A DNA stretch of 64,000 nucleotides, taken from positions 433,321 through 497,320 of the forward strand of contig CAVSZB010000003.1 in the NCBI GenBank assembly GCA_963732385.1. Direction: 5' to 3'. The notes beneath the pieces are model-generated. The model did no database searches. It had not been told where the DNA came from and was given only the letters and a program-made list of their open reading frames with translations. A program made the translations under genes and the position numbers. This document shows positions 9,897 through 20,444 of the stretch, one piece after another; within the stretch, counting starts at the first letter, position 1; each line of letters begins with the position of its first letter. Origin of the DNA: an uncultured bacterium. GTDB lineage: Bacteria > Krumholzibacteriota > Krumholzibacteriia > LZORAL124-64-63.

Positions 9897-10141
9897 GGCG
9901 GTCTCCGTGGTTGGCGTTCAACCGCACGTTTGCAAGCCGGCGATGGGGGCCGTCCAGCCGACCGGGCCAGCATACCGCCAATCTCCCCCGGCCACAATGG
10001 CGGTGTGGGTTGACAGACCGGACCCGGGAAGGCTACTTTCCCACACCACGCGTGCCGCAAAGTCCGCGTGGCCGGTCGTGTCCCAGGCTCCCCGACCGCC
10101 TCGCGCGCCCCCCGGTCGCCGGCATCCCTGTGGAGGGCCAG

Positions 10142-12133
10142 GTGTCTGTCCCCCAATTGATATGTGCGCGGCGCCCCTGTGTTGCCGTCGCGGTGTTGCT
10201 CGCGTTGGGCCTTGCGGTCCCGGCGGCTGACGGCGCGCCGCGCAAGGACATCGTCACGAACGTCGGCCTGGTCGGGCTCACGATCACGAACCTGGGCTAC
10301 GTCGGCAACGGGTTCACCAATCAGTTCCAGCCGTCGTGCGAATATCCGCTCAACAGCCACGTGGAGCACGTCTTCCTCGGTGGAATCTGGGTCGGCGCGG
10401 TGGCGCCCGACGGCACGATCCACGTCTCGACCGGCGCGCAGGACGCCAGCAACCTGGTCGCCGGCGACGAAGTGCGCGAGTTCGTGGATTCGCCAGGCGC
10501 GGCGGTGGACATCTGGTCCAACAGCCAGAACAGCGACCGGTACCCTTACGATCCCCGCGCGCTGGCCACACAGCACATCGAAGTCACGTTCGACGACTAC
10601 GCGACCATCGAATCCGGCAGCCACACGCCGCTGGGGTTGCAGGTCGTCCTGCGGGCGCTGGCGTACGGCAGCCCCTATGCGGACGATTTCGTCATCCTCG
10701 ACTACGCCATCATCAACATCTCCGGCGGCGAATTGCGCGACGTCTATGTCGCCTACTGGACCGACACCACGGTGGGCAACACGACGCGGACGGTTCCCTC
10801 CGAATACGATCCCCTGGCTCCGGTGAAGTGGAATTACTACGACGACCTCAACGGCGGCTGGGGTCCGGCCCGCTGGGTCCCGCCCGGGAGCGTTGTCAAC
10901 GGTGATCCTGGCATCTGGATGATGTACGAGCACGACGACGACGGCGAAGAGAACCTCGCCACCTCCTGGGTCGGCAGTCGCCTGCTCGGGACGGCGCCGC
11001 TGGTGGCCACCCGCGTGACCGTCGCCGGCGACACCCTGCCGCCGGTGAGCTACAACAGCTGGCGTTTCCGGGGCGTGCCGGCCCAGGATGATGTCTACCT
11101 GATCAACCCGGGGCAGCCGACCGAAGAGCTGCGGGCCGGCAAGTACCAGGTGATGGGCAACGGCGATTTCGACGTGGGCGAGACGCAGAGCGAAAACTTC
11201 ACCGTCGCGTCCGACTGGATGGGACTGCTCTCGACCGGGCCGTGGCCCTACATGGCGCCGGGCGATACGATCCATGTCACTTATGCGATCGTCTGCGGGG
11301 CGGATTCGCTCTCGCTGCTGGCGAACAGCAAGATTGCGCAGGTGGCCTACGACGCCGGGTTCAGCATCCCGGCCGGGCCTCCGTCGCCGCGGCTCGCCGT
11401 CGCCACCGACAACGATCGCGTCATCCTGACCTGGAGCCCGGGCGATTCAGCCGCCGCCGACGCGGCCGGGCAGTCGCCCGAATTCCACCTCAGCTCGATC
11501 ACCAACAAGCGCGATTTCCAGGGTTACCGGATCTTCCGCTTCCAGGGCGAAACGATCACCAAGGATCCCTACAGTCTGGCGACCCTGATTGCCGAGTACG
11601 ACCGGATCGACGGCGTCGGCTTCGACACCGGCCTGCCGCCGCTCGATCTCGACGGCCGGCGGCGTTTCGTGGATGAGCACCTGCTCGACGGCTTCCCCTA
11701 CTGGTATTCCATCGTGTCGTTCTCGGCGCCCGACCAGGAGGCCGGCCTGCCGGAGTTCCAGAGCGGCTTCAATGAAAACGCGCGGCTGGTGTTTCCCGGT
11801 TCGGCGCCGTCCATCCCGACCGACCGGCGCACCGTGGGCGTCTTCCCGAATCCCTATCGCGCCGGGTCGTTCTTCGACTCGCCGCGCGGCGAAGTGGAGC
11901 TGGGCCGCAGGATCTGGTTCACCGGGCTGCCGCCCCGTTCAGTGATCCAGGTGTTCAACCTGGCGGGGGACCTGATCAGGACCCTGCATCACGACGATCC
12001 CAATTCGGGCCAGGAGCCGTGGGACCTGCTCACCGAGCCGGTGCGGGCCCTCGCGAGCGGTCTCTACGTCTACGTGGTGACCGATCTCGCCAGCGGCGAG
12101 GTCCAGCGCGGGAAGCTGGTGATCATCAAATGA
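10142..12133 (+). CDS. secreted protein with FN3-like segment and T9SS-type C-terminal domain
   Basis: GTG after GGAGG; signal peptide; TITNLGYVG, CEYP.NS..EH.F.GGIWVGA, FQGYRIFR; C-terminal VFPNPY...IWFTGLP...IQVFNLAGDLIRTL...ASGLY..GKLVIIK. Confidence 0.78.
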   Translation: MSVPQLICARRPCVAVAVLLALGLAVPAADGAPRKDIVTNVGLVGLTITNLGYVGNGFTNQFQPSCEYPLNSHVEHVFLGGIWVGAVAPDGTIHVSTGAQDASNLVAGDEVREFVDSPGAAVDIWSNSQNSDRYPYDPRALATQHIEVTFDDYATIESGSHTPLGLQVVLRALAYGSPYADDFVILDYAIINISGGELRDVYVAYWTDTTVGNTTRTVPSEYDPLAPVKWNYYDDLNGGWGPARWVPPGSVVNGDPGIWMMYEHDDDGEENLATSWVGSRLLGTAPLVATRVTVAGDTLPPVSYNSWRFRGVPAQDDVYLINPGQPTEELRAGKYQVMGNGDFDVGETQSENFTVASDWMGLLSTGPWPYMAPGDTIHVTYAIVCGADSLSLLANSKIAQVAYDAGFSIPAGPPSPRLAVATDNDRVILTWSPGDSAAADAAGQSPEFHLSSITNKRDFQGYRIFRFQGETITKDPYSLATLIAEYDRIDGVGFDTGLPPLDLDGRRRFVDEHLLDGFPYWYSIVSFSAPDQEAGLPEFQSGFNENARLVFPGSAPSIPTDRRTVGVFPNPYRAGSFFDSPRGEVELGRRIWFTGLPPRSVIQVFNLAGDLIRTLHHDDPNSGQEPWDLLTEPVRALASGLYVYVVTDLASGEVQRGKLVIIK

Positions 12134-13695
12134 GGCTGCGTCGTTTTCCGCGCCCGTCTGCCCGAAGTGTCGCGCTGACCGCCGCGCTGGCGACAGTGCT
12201 GGCGCTGGTGCTGGGCGGTGGCTGCACGAACGATCCGTTCGATCCCGACTCCCTCCCGAACGCGCGGCCGGTGGCGCGTATCTTCGTCACCTCCGCTCCT
12301 GGCGAGACGCTCAATGCGACCAGCTACTTCCGGCGCACCTTCCGCTGGAGCGGCAGCGACGCCGACGGCCGGGTGGTGGAATACCACGTCTCGATCGAGA
12401 CGCAGCGCGGGACGCCGGCGCCCTGGGACACGACCGCGCGCACTGACACCACGATGACCTTCACTACCGACGACGTGGGTCACGCCGAGGCCACCGTGCG
12501 TGTGGCCTGCCGGGACGATCGCGGCGCGCTCAGCGATACCGTCACGCAGTACATCCCGCTGCGGAATTTTCCGCCCGTGATCAATTTCCAGGCTGATTTC
12601 GACACCGTGCGCTGGAGCTACGGCGCCGCCAATTTCCGCCTGTTCGCGCTCGACCTCGATGGGAACGAGACGCTCGACGACTCGCTGCTCTACCGGCTGG
12701 ATACGGCCGACACGACTATCGTGCGCGCCAGCGGATCCCCGGGCGCCGATCCGGCCCTCTGCTGGGTGAAGAAGGCGTTCGACGATCCGCTGGGGCGGAC
12801 CTTCAGCATCGCGCTCAAGGGGACGCCCCCGGCTGCGGCGCGCACGCTCACGATCTCGGTGCGGGACGAAGCTCACTCCGAAGCGCGGCTCAACTGGACC
12901 TGGAAGGTTCTGGAGGCGCGCGGGCCGGTGCTGCTGGTGGCCGACGCCGGTCCGAGCACCTTCACCGCTTTCTATCGCCCGGTCATGGACGCGCTGTTGG
13001 GCGCGGGGCAGTGGTCGCTCTACAACGTCGGCAGTCCGCTCGTCGACCGCTCGCTCTCGGGCGTTTCTCCCGAGCTGTACTATGTGGGGTTGCCGGACAG
13101 GCCGTGGGTGCTGCTCGAATCGCTGCGGCAGTTCCCGGTCGTGCTGTGGTATACCGGAGGGGGCTCGTCGCTCAACCTGAAGAACTCCGTGGAACCGCTC
13201 AAGAGCTACCTGACGCCGCCGCCGAATCCCGCCACCGGCCTGCCGGAAGCGCCGGCCGGCCGGCTGGTGCTCGTGAGCAAGTCCATCATCGGGGTCTCCT
13301 CGAATCTGCCGGCCGACTTCGTCAAGAGCGTGCTCGGCGTGAGCACGGTCGCCGCGCCGCCGGCCGATTTCGTGGTCCCGATCGGCAAACAGGCGCTCGG
13401 CCAGCGGGTGACGCTGCCCCCCTTCACCGCGATTTCGTCGACCAACCGGCAGGCGATCGGGGTCAAGCTGCTCACCGGCACGGAAGCGCTCTACAAGCTC
13501 GAATACTATCAGTACAGCCCCGATGGCCGGCCGCCATATGACCCGATCGTGGTCACCCGGAAGCCGCCGGCCGCTACGGCTCCTCTGGCGAGCGTGCTCG
13601 TGATGTCGCTGCAGCTCGAGTACTTCGACCAGGCGCAGGTGGTCCTGGCGCTGCGGGCGCTGCTGCTCAATGAGCTGGGGGTGATGCTGCCTTGA
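12130..13695 (+). CDS. hypothetical lipoprotein with Ig-like domains
   Basis: ATGA overlap with the upstream stop; lipobox LGGGC; WSGSDADGRVVEY PKD/Ig-like motif. Confidence 0.72.
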   Translation: MRLRRFPRPSARSVALTAALATVLALVLGGGCTNDPFDPDSLPNARPVARIFVTSAPGETLNATSYFRRTFRWSGSDADGRVVEYHVSIETQRGTPAPWDTTARTDTTMTFTTDDVGHAEATVRVACRDDRGALSDTVTQYIPLRNFPPVINFQADFDTVRWSYGAANFRLFALDLDGNETLDDSLLYRLDTADTTIVRASGSPGADPALCWVKKAFDDPLGRTFSIALKGTPPAAARTLTISVRDEAHSEARLNWTWKVLEARGPVLLVADAGPSTFTAFYRPVMDALLGAGQWSLYNVGSPLVDRSLSGVSPELYYVGLPDRPWVLLESLRQFPVVLWYTGGGSSLNLKNSVEPLKSYLTPPPNPATGLPEAPAGRLVLVSKSIIGVSSNLPADFVKSVLGVSTVAAPPADFVVPIGKQALGQRVTLPPFTAISSTNRQAIGVKLLTGTEALYKLEYYQYSPDGRPPYDPIVVTRKPPAATAPLASVLVMSLQLEYFDQAQVVLALRALLLNELGVMLP

Positions 13696-16649
13696 ACCTC
13701 CGCCCCCTTCGCCTGCTGCCGTGGCCGGTGTCGATGGCTGTCCTGGCCCTCGCGCTCGCGGTCGCGCCGGCACGGGCGCAGGCGCCGGCGGCCGCCGGTC
13801 GCCTGATGTACGACGGCGCCGGGGCGGCCGCCGCGCCGACAAGCCTGCTGGCGCCGGGCGGAACAGGTGGCGCGCCCGATCTTGAGCAATCCCCCCCCGC
13901 GGTCATCAAGGGATTCGTCCGCGAAGCCGGGACGGGCGACTCGCTGCCCTACACGAACGTGTTCCTGGCCGGCACGAACATCGGCACCATGGCTTTCAAC
14001 GACGGTTATTACATCATCCGGGGGTTGCGGCCCGGCACCTACACCGTCAGGGCGTCCTACATCTCCTACGCGCTGGGCAGCCGCACGGTGACGGTGGGGC
14101 CGGGCGAGATCGCCCAGGTCGATTTCTCGCTGGAGGTCGAGGCGATCCTCATGGACGCCATCGATGTTTCGGCGGAGCGTCGCCTCATCGAGATCGAACG
14201 CACCGGCAGCGTGCATCGGCTTTCGGCCGCCGAGATGGCCGCCATGCCGGTGGACAACGTCGTCGACATGCTGCAGCACCAGGCTGGCGTTTCGGTGCAG
14301 GACAACGAGATCCACATCCGGGGCGGGCGCGCCGACGACACCCAGTTCGTCGTGGACGGCATGTCGGTGAATGACCCGCTCGCCGGCGGCGGCTATGGCT
14401 ATCAGATCGACCCCTCGCTCATCAACGAGATCGAGGTCCTGACCGGCGGCTTCAACGCTGAATACGGGCAGGCGGTGTCGGGCGTGGTCAACGTCTCGAC
14501 CAAGGAGGGCACCGACCGCGTTTCCGGGTCGGCGAGCTGGAAGCGCGACTACCTGACCGCCGTCAACAAGCACGACTACGTCGGGTGGCGGGACTATGAC
14601 GATTTCAGCGAGCCGCAGAACATCGACGTGGTCAAGGCGTCGCTGTCCGGGCCGGACCCGCTGTCGTCGGCGTTGCGCCGCGCGGGGATCGACCTGCCCG
14701 GTCGCCAGTACCTGCTCGTGAGCGGTTCGGCCGACCTGCGCGATGGCTATCTGCCGATCTTCTCGCGCACGCAGGACCTGCGCTCGCCGATGTACGCCGG
14801 CTGGCTGTCGCCGCGGCAGGAGTCCGAGTGGAACGGCATGGCGAAGTGGTCCTGGCACCTCACGCCGCGCCACAAGATCAACCTGACCTCGAGCCGCCAG
14901 GTCGGCATCGGCCAGGGCTTCGACCTGCCGGGGGAGGGTTTCCCGCGGCCGTTCCTCAACGGCCTCGACCGCTTTCTCGTCTTTACGAGCGAGAACATCC
15001 TCACGCAGCTCTACTACCGGCAGGTACTCGGCGAGAATGACTTCCTGGAGTTCCAGGTCGGACGCAATTTCAACCGCCTGCACGCGAACATCAACGGCGA
15101 CGACGACTTCACCGATTACGAACTCATCGACGCGCCCCCGTCGCCGGAGGGCCAGGCCGACGGCGGCGCGGACCGCTGGCACGATCACTATTCCGAATCC
15201 TGGACTGCGAAGGGCACCTATTCCTTCATGAAGAGCCGGGCCAACCAGTACAAGGCCGGCTTCGAGTTCTCGTTCACCGAACTGCAGCTTGTGGACCTGC
15301 AGTCGTCGCTCGGCTCGCCGCCGCCCGGCAAGCTCGCCATCCAGGACGACATCTTCAAGGTGCACCCGATCGTCGGTTCGGCCTTCCTGCAGGACACGAT
15401 CACGTACCACGGCATGATCCTGAACGCCGGCCTGCGCAGCGATGTCTGGGCGCCGGGGCGTGAAGTCGAGAGCGTGATGCGCAACGCTGACGACTACCTG
15501 TTCATCTTCCCCGAGATGGTGACCGACTTCGAGAACAGCACGATCGGGGTTTTGGGGCGACGCTGGAAGACCCGGGTTTCGCCGCGGCTCGGCATGAATT
15601 TCCCGGTGACCGAGCACGACAAGTTTTTCTTCAACTACGGGCATTTTTCGCAGTGGCCGCGGTTCGCGTACGTCTACCCGCAGCTCGAAGCGCGCTCCAC
15701 GACGAAGATCCAGCTGCTGGGCAACCCCAACCTCAATCCCAAGGTGACGGTCGAGTACGAGACCGGCGTGCAGCACGAATTCGGCGGGCTGTGGAGCCTG
15801 GGCGTGACCTTCTACAACCGGGACATCTACGGTTACGCCAAGTCGGTCACGCTGGCCCCGGTGGACATCGGCGCCGACGAGACTCCCGATCCCTACGATA
15901 CCGGCACGGTGACCGTGCAGCCGGTTCGCTACTTCAACGGTGACTCCGCGCGCAGCCTGGGCATGGAGATCAGCGTCACGAAGCGCACCACGCGGTGGCT
16001 CTCCGGATCGGGGAACCTGGAGTTTTCGCGCAGCACCGGCACCAACAGCAGCGCGGAGGAGGCCTACCTCCAGGCGGTGTATGACGAGGCCTACACGCCC
16101 ACCGCCTCGATCGGCGGTCTCAAGCGCACGCCGCTGTTGTGGGACCGGCCGTGGTCGCTCTCGTTCAACCTCGACTTCTCGGTCGATGACAAGGATCGAC
16201 CCACGCTGATCGGCTGGCGGATGCCGCCGAACTGGAGCGCCAACCTGCTGTTCAGCGCGGAGTCCGGCCAGCGCTACACGCCGCGTACCTATGTCGGGCA
16301 GGGCCAGTACACGTCGGGCGACTACAATTCGGGGCGCGGACCGTACCGCAGCAGCCTGAACCTGCGTCTGAACAAATACTGGACCCATGGGCGGCGGCAG
16401 AAGCTGACGGTCTTCTTCGAGGGGCGCAACATCTTCAATCACCGGAACTACCGGCGCATCAACCCCTGGACCGGCAGCGGCTACCGGATCGGCGACTTCA
16501 ATCCCACCTGGGTGAACCGCTGGTTCCCGGACGAGGACCCGGAAACGACCCTGGAGACCTATTCCGAGGCGTACGCCCAGGGTGTCGTGGATCCGAGCTA
16601 CGTGGAGGATCCGCGTATGCTGCTCGTGGGGGTGACGTGGTCGTGGTAA
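13692..16649 (+). CDS. TonB-dependent receptor with N-terminal carboxypeptidase-regulatory-like domain
   Basis: IKGFV..GDSLPYTNV..GT; plug HIRGGRADD...VDG; GGFNAEYGQAVSGVVN; SPRLG, GNPNL.P..TV.YE; terminal aromatic W. Confidence 0.9.
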   Translation: MNLRPLRLLPWPVSMAVLALALAVAPARAQAPAAAGRLMYDGAGAAAAPTSLLAPGGTGGAPDLEQSPPAVIKGFVREAGTGDSLPYTNVFLAGTNIGTMAFNDGYYIIRGLRPGTYTVRASYISYALGSRTVTVGPGEIAQVDFSLEVEAILMDAIDVSAERRLIEIERTGSVHRLSAAEMAAMPVDNVVDMLQHQAGVSVQDNEIHIRGGRADDTQFVVDGMSVNDPLAGGGYGYQIDPSLINEIEVLTGGFNAEYGQAVSGVVNVSTKEGTDRVSGSASWKRDYLTAVNKHDYVGWRDYDDFSEPQNIDVVKASLSGPDPLSSALRRAGIDLPGRQYLLVSGSADLRDGYLPIFSRTQDLRSPMYAGWLSPRQESEWNGMAKWSWHLTPRHKINLTSSRQVGIGQGFDLPGEGFPRPFLNGLDRFLVFTSENILTQLYYRQVLGENDFLEFQVGRNFNRLHANINGDDDFTDYELIDAPPSPEGQADGGADRWHDHYSESWTAKGTYSFMKSRANQYKAGFEFSFTELQLVDLQSSLGSPPPGKLAIQDDIFKVHPIVGSAFLQDTITYHGMILNAGLRSDVWAPGREVESVMRNADDYLFIFPEMVTDFENSTIGVLGRRWKTRVSPRLGMNFPVTEHDKFFFNYGHFSQWPRFAYVYPQLEARSTTKIQLLGNPNLNPKVTVEYETGVQHEFGGLWSLGVTFYNRDIYGYAKSVTLAPVDIGADETPDPYDTGTVTVQPVRYFNGDSARSLGMEISVTKRTTRWLSGSGNLEFSRSTGTNSSAEEAYLQAVYDEAYTPTASIGGLKRTPLLWDRPWSLSFNLDFSVDDKDRPTLIGWRMPPNWSANLLFSAESGQRYTPRTYVGQGQYTSGDYNSGRGPYRSSLNLRLNKYWTHGRRQKLTVFFEGRNIFNHRNYRRINPWTGSGYRIGDFNPTWVNRWFPDEDPETTLETYSEAYAQGVVDPSYVEDPRMLLVGVTWSW

Positions 16650-17674
16650 AGACGCGTCTCACGGCGGCCTGCGCGGCGGCTCTGCTTTTGTCTCTCGGCC
16701 TGGCCGGGACGGCGGCGGCGCAGCGCGACATTCTCAGCCTGTACGGCGGTGAAAACCGCGGTTCCGCCGGCGCGCAGTTTTTGCGCCTGCCGGTCGGCGC
16801 GCGCGGCATCGCGCTCGGACAGGCCTACACCGCCTCGGCCACCGACGGTTCGGCGCTGTTCTGGAACCCGGCCGGTGTCATGCGCACGCCGGCGCGGCGC
16901 AATTTCTTCCTGTCGCACACCGAGTACGCCGCGGGCATCGATCTCGATCACGTTTCCGCGCACTGGCGCGGCCAGAATTTCGGCTTCGGGGTGCTGGCCG
17001 GGATGCTCCGCTCCGGCGAGATCCCGCGCACGACGGAACTGCACCAGGAGGGGACCGGCCAGACCTTCCGCGCCGACCAGTACTTCCTCGGCCTGACGCT
17101 CGCGCGCGCGATGACCGACCGCTTCTCGATCGGCGGCACCGTGAAGTACTACCAGGAGAATCTCGACGACTTCGAGGTGCGCGCACTGTTGATGGACCTG
17201 GGCATTCTCTACTTCGTCGGTTACGGCGATCTGCGGATCGGTTTCGCAGTGCGCAATTTCGGCCCGGACCTTGCGCCGGGCGGCACGCCGCCGGCGCTGC
17301 CGGCCGGCTACCAGCAGACCGGAGATTTCCAGAGCTTTCCCGCCCCGACCTCCGGCTCCTTCGGCGTGGCGCATACCCTGGCTCTGGCCAGTCGCATCGG
17401 CCTGCTGTTCGCCGCCGATTTCAACCATCCGTCCGACTACTCGGAGAGCTTCCGGATCGGCGGCGAACTGGGGCTCGACGAGCGCCTCTTCCTGCGGGGC
17501 GGCTTCGAAACGAATCGCGACGAGGGGGGCTTCGCCGCCGGATTCGGCGTGAAGACCGGCATGGACGGCTTCGACCTGCGGGTCGACTACGCCCTCCGGG
17601 ACATGGGCAGCTTCGGCACCATGCACCACGTGTCGCTCGATATTTCGCCGCTGTTCGGGAGGAAGCCGCGATGA
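16637..17674 (+). CDS. PorV/PorQ-family outer-membrane beta-barrel (T9SS shuttle/FadL-like)
   Basis: GAQFLRLPVGARGIALGQAY.A..DGSALFWNPAG N-terminal signature; DLG..Y, LRGG, DYA strands. Confidence 0.85.
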   Translation: MVVVKTRLTAACAAALLLSLGLAGTAAAQRDILSLYGGENRGSAGAQFLRLPVGARGIALGQAYTASATDGSALFWNPAGVMRTPARRNFFLSHTEYAAGIDLDHVSAHWRGQNFGFGVLAGMLRSGEIPRTTELHQEGTGQTFRADQYFLGLTLARAMTDRFSIGGTVKYYQENLDDFEVRALLMDLGILYFVGYGDLRIGFAVRNFGPDLAPGGTPPALPAGYQQTGDFQSFPAPTSGSFGVAHTLALASRIGLLFAADFNHPSDYSESFRIGGELGLDERLFLRGGFETNRDEGGFAAGFGVKTGMDGFDLRVDYALRDMGSFGTMHHVSLDISPLFGRKPR

Positions 17675-18825
17675 AGGGCAGGGGCCGCGCGACCGGGATG
17701 TGGATCGCCTGCGCCGGCGTTTTGGCCGCGCTGGCGGCCGGTTGCGGCGAGAAGATCACTGTGCCGCGCCCCGAGGGTCTCTTCTCGGTGAGCGCGTACT
17801 ATCTCGACCACATCTTCGCCGACGAACAGCCGCTGCAGGTCGCCGTCGCCAACAACAACCTGTTCGTGCTATCGGCGAACGGATCGCTTACCAAGCGCAC
17901 GCTCGCCTATGACGAGATCGTCCGGGCAAGCGGGCTCGACCAGCCGACCGCCTTCTGTCGGGGCGATTACTCCGAGCTGATCTTCGTCTGGGAGCAGGGA
18001 TCCCGGCGCGTGAAGGTGCTCAGCTCCACCGATCTGGCGCCGCTCGACTCGAGTCTCGCCCTGCCCGAGGTCCTGGGCGTCAACCACCTGGCGACCTGCC
18101 GGACCGGCGTGGAGACGGTGGCGGGCGCCCGCACGTTCGTCTACCTGGCCGATTCCACCGCGGCGGTCATCCACCGCTACGCGTACACGGAGGGGGGCAG
18201 CTTCGTCTCGTGGGGTCTCCTGGCGCGCGGCGATGGCACCGGGGCGCGCTCCGTGCACCTGCCGTCGGGTATGGCCGTCGATGCGGCGGGCGCGTTGCTC
18301 GTCTGCGAAGCCGACACGGCGCGCAACTGGGTCATCCGTTTCGACCCGACCCCCGACCCGACCGATCTCACGCCGCTCTGGAACGGTCTGCCGCCGCTGC
18401 GCGGTCGCGCCGTCCCGTTCGGCACGCCGACGTGCGAGCCGGCCTCGCTGGCCGACGTCACGCTCGGCTACGCCGCGGAGTGCGGCCAGACCGACTGGGT
18501 CGGGCGGCGCGGCTCGGCCGAGGGTGAGTTCGATGTCCCGCTGGGGATCGTGGTGGACGGAGCCGGCCGCATCTATGTCTCCGACAGCGGCAACGACCGG
18601 GTGCAGATCTTCACGGCCGACGGTGTCTATGACATGCGCTTCGGCACCGCCGAGCGCACCCCCGCGCCGGCTTCGCTGGCGCTGGTCGACTGGCGCATCA
18701 GTTCGAACCGCATCAACTACGGGGCCTATCTGTTCATGGTCGACTCCGCCGGTGGTCAGGTCCGCAAGTTCATCTCCGCCGAGCAGTACATCTACGTGAA
18801 TCAGGAACCGCCGCCGCCGAACTAG
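17671..18825 (+). CDS. NHL-repeat lipoprotein
   Basis: lipobox LAAGC; GEFDVPLGIVVDGAGRIYVSDSGNDRVQIF NHL repeat. Confidence 0.8.
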   Translation: MKGRGRATGMWIACAGVLAALAAGCGEKITVPRPEGLFSVSAYYLDHIFADEQPLQVAVANNNLFVLSANGSLTKRTLAYDEIVRASGLDQPTAFCRGDYSELIFVWEQGSRRVKVLSSTDLAPLDSSLALPEVLGVNHLATCRTGVETVAGARTFVYLADSTAAVIHRYAYTEGGSFVSWGLLARGDGTGARSVHLPSGMAVDAAGALLVCEADTARNWVIRFDPTPDPTDLTPLWNGLPPLRGRAVPFGTPTCEPASLADVTLGYAAECGQTDWVGRRGSAEGEFDVPLGIVVDGAGRIYVSDSGNDRVQIFTADGVYDMRFGTAERTPAPASLALVDWRISSNRINYGAYLFMVDSAGGQVRKFISAEQYIYVNQEPPPPN

Positions 18826-18833
18826 GCGCGGCG

Positions 18834-20168
18834 TCAGAAGCTCCCGTACAGATCCTCCAGGCGGGTGTTCACCACGTTGTTGACGGCGGCGCCGAAGGTG
18901 TAGGTCAGTCCGACCTGGCCGGAGTAGCGGTAGGCGGTGGCGAGTTCCCGCAGGCGCGAGAGGATCTCCTCGTCGCTGGCGTCGCCGCGGGGCAGCGCAA
19001 GCTGATCGTGGATGCGCGACCAGGAGCCGGTCAGGGAGAGCGACAGGCCGCGGCACAGGCGCAACTGGGCGTTGGCGAGCGCGGTAACGCTGTACTTGTC
19101 GCCGTCATGCAGGTACTGCGTGGCCCAGACCGAGAGCGCGGTCGAGCCCCAGGGCTGCCGCAGGGCGAGCTCGGTCACTGCCCGGTGGTAGAAGAGGGTT
19201 TCCCGCGACTTCCCGTAGATCGTCTCCTGGGCGTAGTCGGCCCGATAGGCCCGGGCCTCCCAGGCCAGAATCCAGCTGCGGCGCGCCGATTCCGCGTACG
19301 GGAAGATGTTGAACTCGATGGTCGGACCGGCGCCGCAGGTGAAGTCGAGATTGCCGTACGTCGAATGGGACACGCTCCCGCGAGCGCCCGCCGACCAGCG
19401 CGGCGCCAGGCTCCGCACGCCCCGCGCGCCGACCGACCAGGAGCGGTTGATCGACGTGAATTGGCTGCCGTCGGCCAGGGTGTAGCGCCCCTCGCTGTAG
19501 CTGTGCGCGGCGTTCAGGCCGAGCTTCAGCGTTTCGGTGACCCGGCTCGCCGCCACCGAACTGCCGAGGTAGTGGTTGCGGTAGCTCTTCTCGCCGTCTA
19601 GCGAACCGCTCACGCTCGTGCTCATCACCCAGGCGCGCCAGGGATCCGCCGCCGGGACGGCGGCCGGACGCGCGGCGGCGCCCGGGCCCGGGACGTCGGC
19701 CATCACCCGGACCTCGAGCCGTTCCCCGTCCGGCGTGCCGACCAGATCGCGCGCCAGCCCCGCCGCCAGCGCGCGGGCGAGGGCGCGGCGCGTGTCGTCC
19801 GCGGTGCCGTCGCGCGGCAGGAAGAAGCGGAGCGTGTCGGCCGCGGGGCCCCGGCCGGGGCGGCGCAGGAAGCAGAGTTGCGTCGCGAAGCCGCCGTCGC
19901 CGGTTAAATTTCCCGTGACCAGCACGTGCACATCGGCATCCTCACGGTCCCGAGCCCAGTCCACGAAAGTCAGCTCGCGCATCAGGAAGGCGAGGTCGCA
20001 GTCGTTGCCCTCGCAGTCGAGGAAGAGGCGGAGGCGCGGCTTGCCGGGGGAGGCGGCGTCCGTAACGGGGACGTCAGCGGTGGCCTGAGCGCCGCGCGCG
20101 TCCGACGGCGGGGCGGCCGCGACCGTCAGCAACAGCAGCAAAAGACAGGTGGGTGCCGGTGTCGCCAT
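18834..20168 (-). CDS. hypothetical exported/outer-membrane protein, probable C-terminal beta-barrel
   Basis: signal peptide; LFLDC...CD..F...L.FVDW.RDR.DADVHVL domain, then alternating amphipathic strands. Confidence 0.68.
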   Translation of the reverse strand: MATPAPTCLLLLLLTVAAAPPSDARGAQATADVPVTDAASPGKPRLRLFLDCEGNDCDLAFLMRELTFVDWARDREDADVHVLVTGNLTGDGGFATQLCFLRRPGRGPAADTLRFFLPRDGTADDTRRALARALAAGLARDLVGTPDGERLEVRVMADVPGPGAAARPAAVPAADPWRAWVMSTSVSGSLDGEKSYRNHYLGSSVAASRVTETLKLGLNAAHSYSEGRYTLADGSQFTSINRSWSVGARGVRSLAPRWSAGARGSVSHSTYGNLDFTCGAGPTIEFNIFPYAESARRSWILAWEARAYRADYAQETIYGKSRETLFYHRAVTELALRQPWGSTALSVWATQYLHDGDKYSVTALANAQLRLCRGLSLSLTGSWSRIHDQLALPRGDASDEEILSRLRELATAYRYSGQVGLTYTFGAAVNNVVNTRLEDLYGSF

Positions 20169-20444
20169 CGTCACTCCGGATCGGGCTCCGGGACGGCGAC
20201 GCGGCAGAAGGCGAATTTACGGCGAATCTCCGCGGGGATCATGGCCCTTCCTGTCGGGGCGGGGGTGGCCGGGGAGGGCATGGTAGGCGCGGGCCGGGTC
20301 GCTGTCAACGACACCCCGCCGCCCGCGGGTCCTGCGTTAATTGCCCGATCCGGGCCGCAGACACTCGACGCGGTCCCCCGGGTGTATTACTATCCGTCGT
20401 CAGGCTGATGCGCCCTTGCCGGGCGCGCCCTGTGGAGGATCAAA

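Noticed and set aside
13509..16442. Long antisense ORFs (also 3576-5123, 25198-27489, 28491-30287, 45354-47309, 49734-51641 and others)
   Set aside because: Shadow frames of real genes in GC-rich DNA, with no recognisable motifs
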